The translations under genes and the position numbers were made by a program. This document shows positions 60,525 to 64,000 of a stretch of DNA of 64,000 nucleotides, in pieces. The stretch spans positions 1,344,001-1,408,000 of the forward strand of contig OY781066.1 of assembly GCA_963676395.1 (NCBI GenBank), written 5' to 3'. Within the stretch, counting starts at the first letter, position 1. Each line of letters begins with the position of its first letter. Source of the DNA: a bacterium. GTDB lineage: Bacteria > Fidelibacterota > Fidelibacteria > Fidelibacterales > Fidelibacteraceae. The notes beneath the pieces are model-generated. The model was given only the letters and a program-made list of their open reading frames with translations, was not told where the DNA came from and searched no databases.

Positions 60525-62627
60525 ATGATGAAAAAGTGGACATGGGCCTCGGCCCTGCTGATGCTCCTGATCCTTAGCTCATGTGGAGAAAAAATGATCG
60601 AAGCACCAAAAGCCAAAAAGGCTAACAAGGAAATGACTATCCATGGTGATACTCGTGTAGATCCTTATTATTGGTTAAGAGAAAGAGAAAACCCCGAAGT
60701 GATCTCGTATCTTGAAGCGGAAAATGAATATGCCGATGCAAAGATGAAAGACACTGAAAAACTTCAAAAAAAATTGTACGATGAAATGATTAGTCGTATA
60801 AAACAAGATGATGAATCCGTACCGTACTGGATGAATGGTTATCTTTATTATTCTCGTTATGAAAAAGGGAAGGAATATCCCATTTACTGCCGCAAAACTT
60901 CCGAAGATGCCGAAGAACAGATTTTGTTGAATGTGAATGAATTGGCTGAGGGTTATGCTTATTATCAGGTTTCAGGTCTTTATGTTTCACCTGATAATAA
61001 AATGTTGGCCTTTGGTGAAGACACGCTTTCACGTCGTAAGTATACCTTGCGTTTTTTGAATCTTGAAACAGGTGAATATCTTCCCGATCAAATTCCCAAT
61101 ACACCCGGTGGCATTGCTTGGGCTAACGATAATAAGACTATCTTTTATAATTTGAAAGATGAGACACTACGCCCTTTTCAAACCTGGCGTCATACCTTAG
61201 GTGAAGATATTGAAAATGATTTCTTAGTATTTGAAGAGAAAGAAGTCAATTTTTATCATGGTGTTTATCGCTCAAATAGTGGTGATTATATCATGTTGGC
61301 TTCTCAATCAACCGTAAATACAGAATACTCTTATATTGATGCCGATCTACCATATTCAAAACCGACCCTTATTCAAAAAAGAACTAAAGATCTTGAATAT
61401 CATCCAACCCACGTTGGCTCGGTTTTTTATATTTTAACGAATGATGATGCTAAAAATTATAAGTTGGTTGCCGCACCGGTAACGGCGGCATCAAAGAAAA
61501 ACTGGAAGACTATCGTTCCTCATCGTGAAGATGTTTTATTGGAAGGTACGGAGTTTTTCAAAGATCGCTATGTTTTGCAAGAACGTGCCAACGCTCAGCC
61601 AAGATTACGTATTCTTAGCTATGATGGTAAGATTGATGAATACATTAAATTTAATGAAGATGCTTATGATGTCTGGATCGGTACTAATCGTGAATTTGAT
61701 TCCGAGATCTTACGTTTTGGCTATGAATCTATGACAACTCCGGGTTCTACTTATGATCAGAATCTTTTGACCGGTGAACGCGAGTTGAAAAAACAACGTG
61801 CTGTTTTGGGTAATTTTAAATCGGAAAACTATAAAACCGAACGTCTTTGGGCTAAAGCTCGTGATGGTGCTAAGGTTCCTATGTCGGTTGTATATCATAA
61901 AGATACAAAATTGAACGGGAAAGCGCCCTTGGTTTTGTATGCTTACGGATCTTATGGCATGAATATGACACCCTACTTTTCATCCGTGCGCTTAAGCCTT
62001 CTTGATAGAGGTTATATTTGGGTGATCGCTCATATCCGCGGTGGACAGGAAATGGGTCGCTATTGGTATGATGATGGTAAATTGCTTAATAAAATGAATA
62101 CTTTTACCGATTTCATTGATTGTGCCGACGATTTAGTGGAAAGGAATTATACGGCCTATGATAATATGGTTGCAATGGGTGGTTCCGCCGGCGGTTTGCT
62201 TGTTGGTGCCGTTGCGAATATGGCTCCGGAAAAATTTGCCGGAATTGTTGCTCAGGTTCCTTTTGTGGATGTTGTAACAACCATGTTGGACGATACCATT
62301 CCTTTAACAACAAATGAATACGATGAATGGGGTAATCCGAATATTGAAGAATATTACAAATATATGCTTTCTTATTCACCATATGATAATGTCGAAGCCA
62401 AAGACTACCCAAATTTGTTGATCACAACAGGATTGCATGATTCTCAGGTTCAGTACTGGGAACCGGCAAAATGGACAGCCAAACTTCGTGACATGAAAAC
62501 TGACGATAATTTGCTTCTCATGAAAACGGAAATGGATTACGGTCATGGCGGTGCATCGGGTCGTTTCCAGGTTTACAAAGAAGTTGCCTTGGAGTATGCG
62601 TTTATCATGAAGGTGACAAAACACTAA
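60525..62627 (+). CDS. ptrB: Oligopeptidase B (S9A), lipoprotein
   Basis: Lipobox LSSC; DPYYWLR, GGSAGG, HDSQVQYWEP, GHGG. Confidence 0.93.
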   Translation: MMKKWTWASALLMLLILSSCGEKMIEAPKAKKANKEMTIHGDTRVDPYYWLRERENPEVISYLEAENEYADAKMKDTEKLQKKLYDEMISRIKQDDESVPYWMNGYLYYSRYEKGKEYPIYCRKTSEDAEEQILLNVNELAEGYAYYQVSGLYVSPDNKMLAFGEDTLSRRKYTLRFLNLETGEYLPDQIPNTPGGIAWANDNKTIFYNLKDETLRPFQTWRHTLGEDIENDFLVFEEKEVNFYHGVYRSNSGDYIMLASQSTVNTEYSYIDADLPYSKPTLIQKRTKDLEYHPTHVGSVFYILTNDDAKNYKLVAAPVTAASKKNWKTIVPHREDVLLEGTEFFKDRYVLQERANAQPRLRILSYDGKIDEYIKFNEDAYDVWIGTNREFDSEILRFGYESMTTPGSTYDQNLLTGERELKKQRAVLGNFKSENYKTERLWAKARDGAKVPMSVVYHKDTKLNGKAPLVLYAYGSYGMNMTPYFSSVRLSLLDRGYIWVIAHIRGGQEMGRYWYDDGKLLNKMNTFTDFIDCADDLVERNYTAYDNMVAMGGSAGGLLVGAVANMAPEKFAGIVAQVPFVDVVTTMLDDTIPLTTNEYDEWGNPNIEEYYKYMLSYSPYDNVEAKDYPNLLITTGLHDSQVQYWEPAKWTAKLRDMKTDDNLLLMKTEMDYGHGGASGRFQVYKEVALEYAFIMKVTKH

Positions 62628-62648
62628 AAAAATAGAATAAATCTAAAT

Positions 62649-62680
62649 GTAGGGCGGATATCTGTATCCGCCTTTTTTTT
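62649..62680 (+). repeat. GTAG-tagged REP-like hairpin also acting as terminator
   Basis: GTAG-GGCGGATA-tctg-TATCCGCC-TTTTTTTT. Confidence 0.7.
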
Positions 62681-62775
62681 GTTATCCCTTATTATTTTGG
62701 AAATTCACACCATGTTTTTCGTTTCTCTTTACACCTCAATAGCTTATATTCCAAATTGTTAAAAAAGGAGTAAAC

Positions 62776-64000
62776 ATGTTAGGTAAAAAAACTGACCCGA
62801 AGGAGTTGCAGGACGCTCTCTTTCTTAATCGAGAAAATGCCTGGGACCATATTCCCGAAGCCCAACTAAAGGCACTTGAAACATATATGAACGCTTACCG
62901 GGATTTTTTGGATTTTGGTAAAACGGAACGCGAATCGGTTGATACTGCTATTGAGATTCTGGAAAAAGCCGGTTACAGGGATATTCGTAAAACAAAAGAA
63001 ACTAAAAAAGTTTATTACAATCATTACGGTCGCGCAGTAGCTATCTTTCGTCAAGGTACGGGTCCGATCGAGAAGAATCTTAAGATCCTAGTGGCTCATA
63101 TTGATTCTCCTCGTTTAGATCTAAAACAGTATCCATTATATGAAGATGAAGAGATTGCTATGCTTAAGACTCACTATTATGGTGGTATTAAAAAGTATCA
63201 GTGGGTATCGCGTCCTTTAGCCTTACACGGTGTGATCGCTTTCCCGGATGGGACAGTAAATCCTATCGTGATCGGTGAAGACGATGATGATCCGGTCTTT
63301 ACTATTTCTGACCTTTTACCTCACCTTGCAGGTAAAGCTCAAATGGGCAAAAAAGCCAATGAATTCATTCCTGCGGAAAAACTGAATATTCTTGTGGGTG
63401 GTAAGCCTTTTACCGAAGATAAAGATCTTAAAGATCGTGTTAAGCTGAATGTTCTTTCATTATTAAATGAAACTTACGGTATTACCGAAAAAGATTTTGT
63501 TTCGGCTGATTTGGAGATCGTTCCTGCGGGTAAAGCCCGCGAAGTTGGTTTGGACCGTGCATTTATCGGTGCTTACGGTCAGGACGATCGTGTTTGTTCT
63601 TTTGCTTCAATGCAGGCTGTGATCAATGCTGAGGAAAGTGAATCTAACACATTGGTTTTGCTTCTTGATAAAGAAGAGATCGGTTCCGAAGGTGCCGCCG
63701 GTGCAAATACCGTGATTGCGGAATTGGTGCTTGGTTATATCCTTGCTCGTCATGACTTGGACAAGAGTGGCGTGGTTCGTCGCATGCTGGCAAATGCGAA
63801 ATGTTTGTCTGCTGATGTTAATGCGGGTGTGCATCCCGACTGGAAAGAAGTTCACGAACTTCGTAATGCTGGCTATATAAACGGGGGGTTGGTACTGTCT
63901 AAATTCACGGGTGTACGTGGTAAAGGCGGTTCCAATGAAGCTTCAGCTGAATATGTGGCTCACTTAAGAAGAATTTTTGATGACAGTGGAATCATTTGGC
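62776..64000 (+). CDS. M18 family aminopeptidase (ApeA-like), runs off window end; absent from ORF track
   Basis: SD AAGGAG; GKTERE, AHIDSPRLDLK, THYYGGIKKYQW, GQDDRVC, DKEEIGS. Confidence 0.92.
   Translation, partial: MLGKKTDPKELQDALFLNRENAWDHIPEAQLKALETYMNAYRDFLDFGKTERESVDTAIEILEKAGYRDIRKTKETKKVYYNHYGRAVAIFRQGTGPIEKNLKILVAHIDSPRLDLKQYPLYEDEEIAMLKTHYYGGIKKYQWVSRPLALHGVIAFPDGTVNPIVIGEDDDDPVFTISDLLPHLAGKAQMGKKANEFIPAEKLNILVGGKPFTEDKDLKDRVKLNVLSLLNETYGITEKDFVSADLEIVPAGKAREVGLDRAFIGAYGQDDRVCSFASMQAVINAEESESNTLVLLLDKEEIGSEGAAGANTVIAELVLGYILARHDLDKSGVVRRMLANAKCLSADVNAGVHPDWKEVHELRNAGYINGGLVLSKFTGVRGKGGSNEASAEYVAHLRRIFDDSGIIW

Overview
64-kb chromosomal window of a moderately AT-rich, probably anaerobic diderm bacterium. 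The gene set and T9SS-like C-terminal domains suggest the FCB group, e.g. Marinimicrobia-like (inference). Most of it is housekeeping or metabolic: fprA, mutS2, priA, trpR-trpB, rlmD, uvrC, ssb, hprK, hpf, xerC, rluD, lspA, plsC, serS, ptrB, an M18 aminopeptidase and tRNA-Leu(CAG), plus secreted and outer-membrane proteins. The most striking signal is a small GIY-YIG nuclease gene (4221-4583) enclosed by two inverted (C/A)GTC-tagged palindromic repeats, a REPtron-like layout with a GIY-YIG nuclease in place of the RAYT transposase. Free copies of the same repeat (41308, 45752) and related TGTC-tagged doublets (59420, 60362) occur elsewhere in the window; the outer arms are conserved and the inner hairpins co-vary. 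Other oddities: an AT-rich islet carrying a 71-aa possibly circularly permuted GIY-YIG-like ORF, a PurL-like protein lacking the catalytic motifs, trpR-trpB without trpA, tandem CBM-bearing lipoproteins, and decayed four-helix-bundle and possible RAYT remnants. All family calls come from motif recognition by eye; no searches were run.
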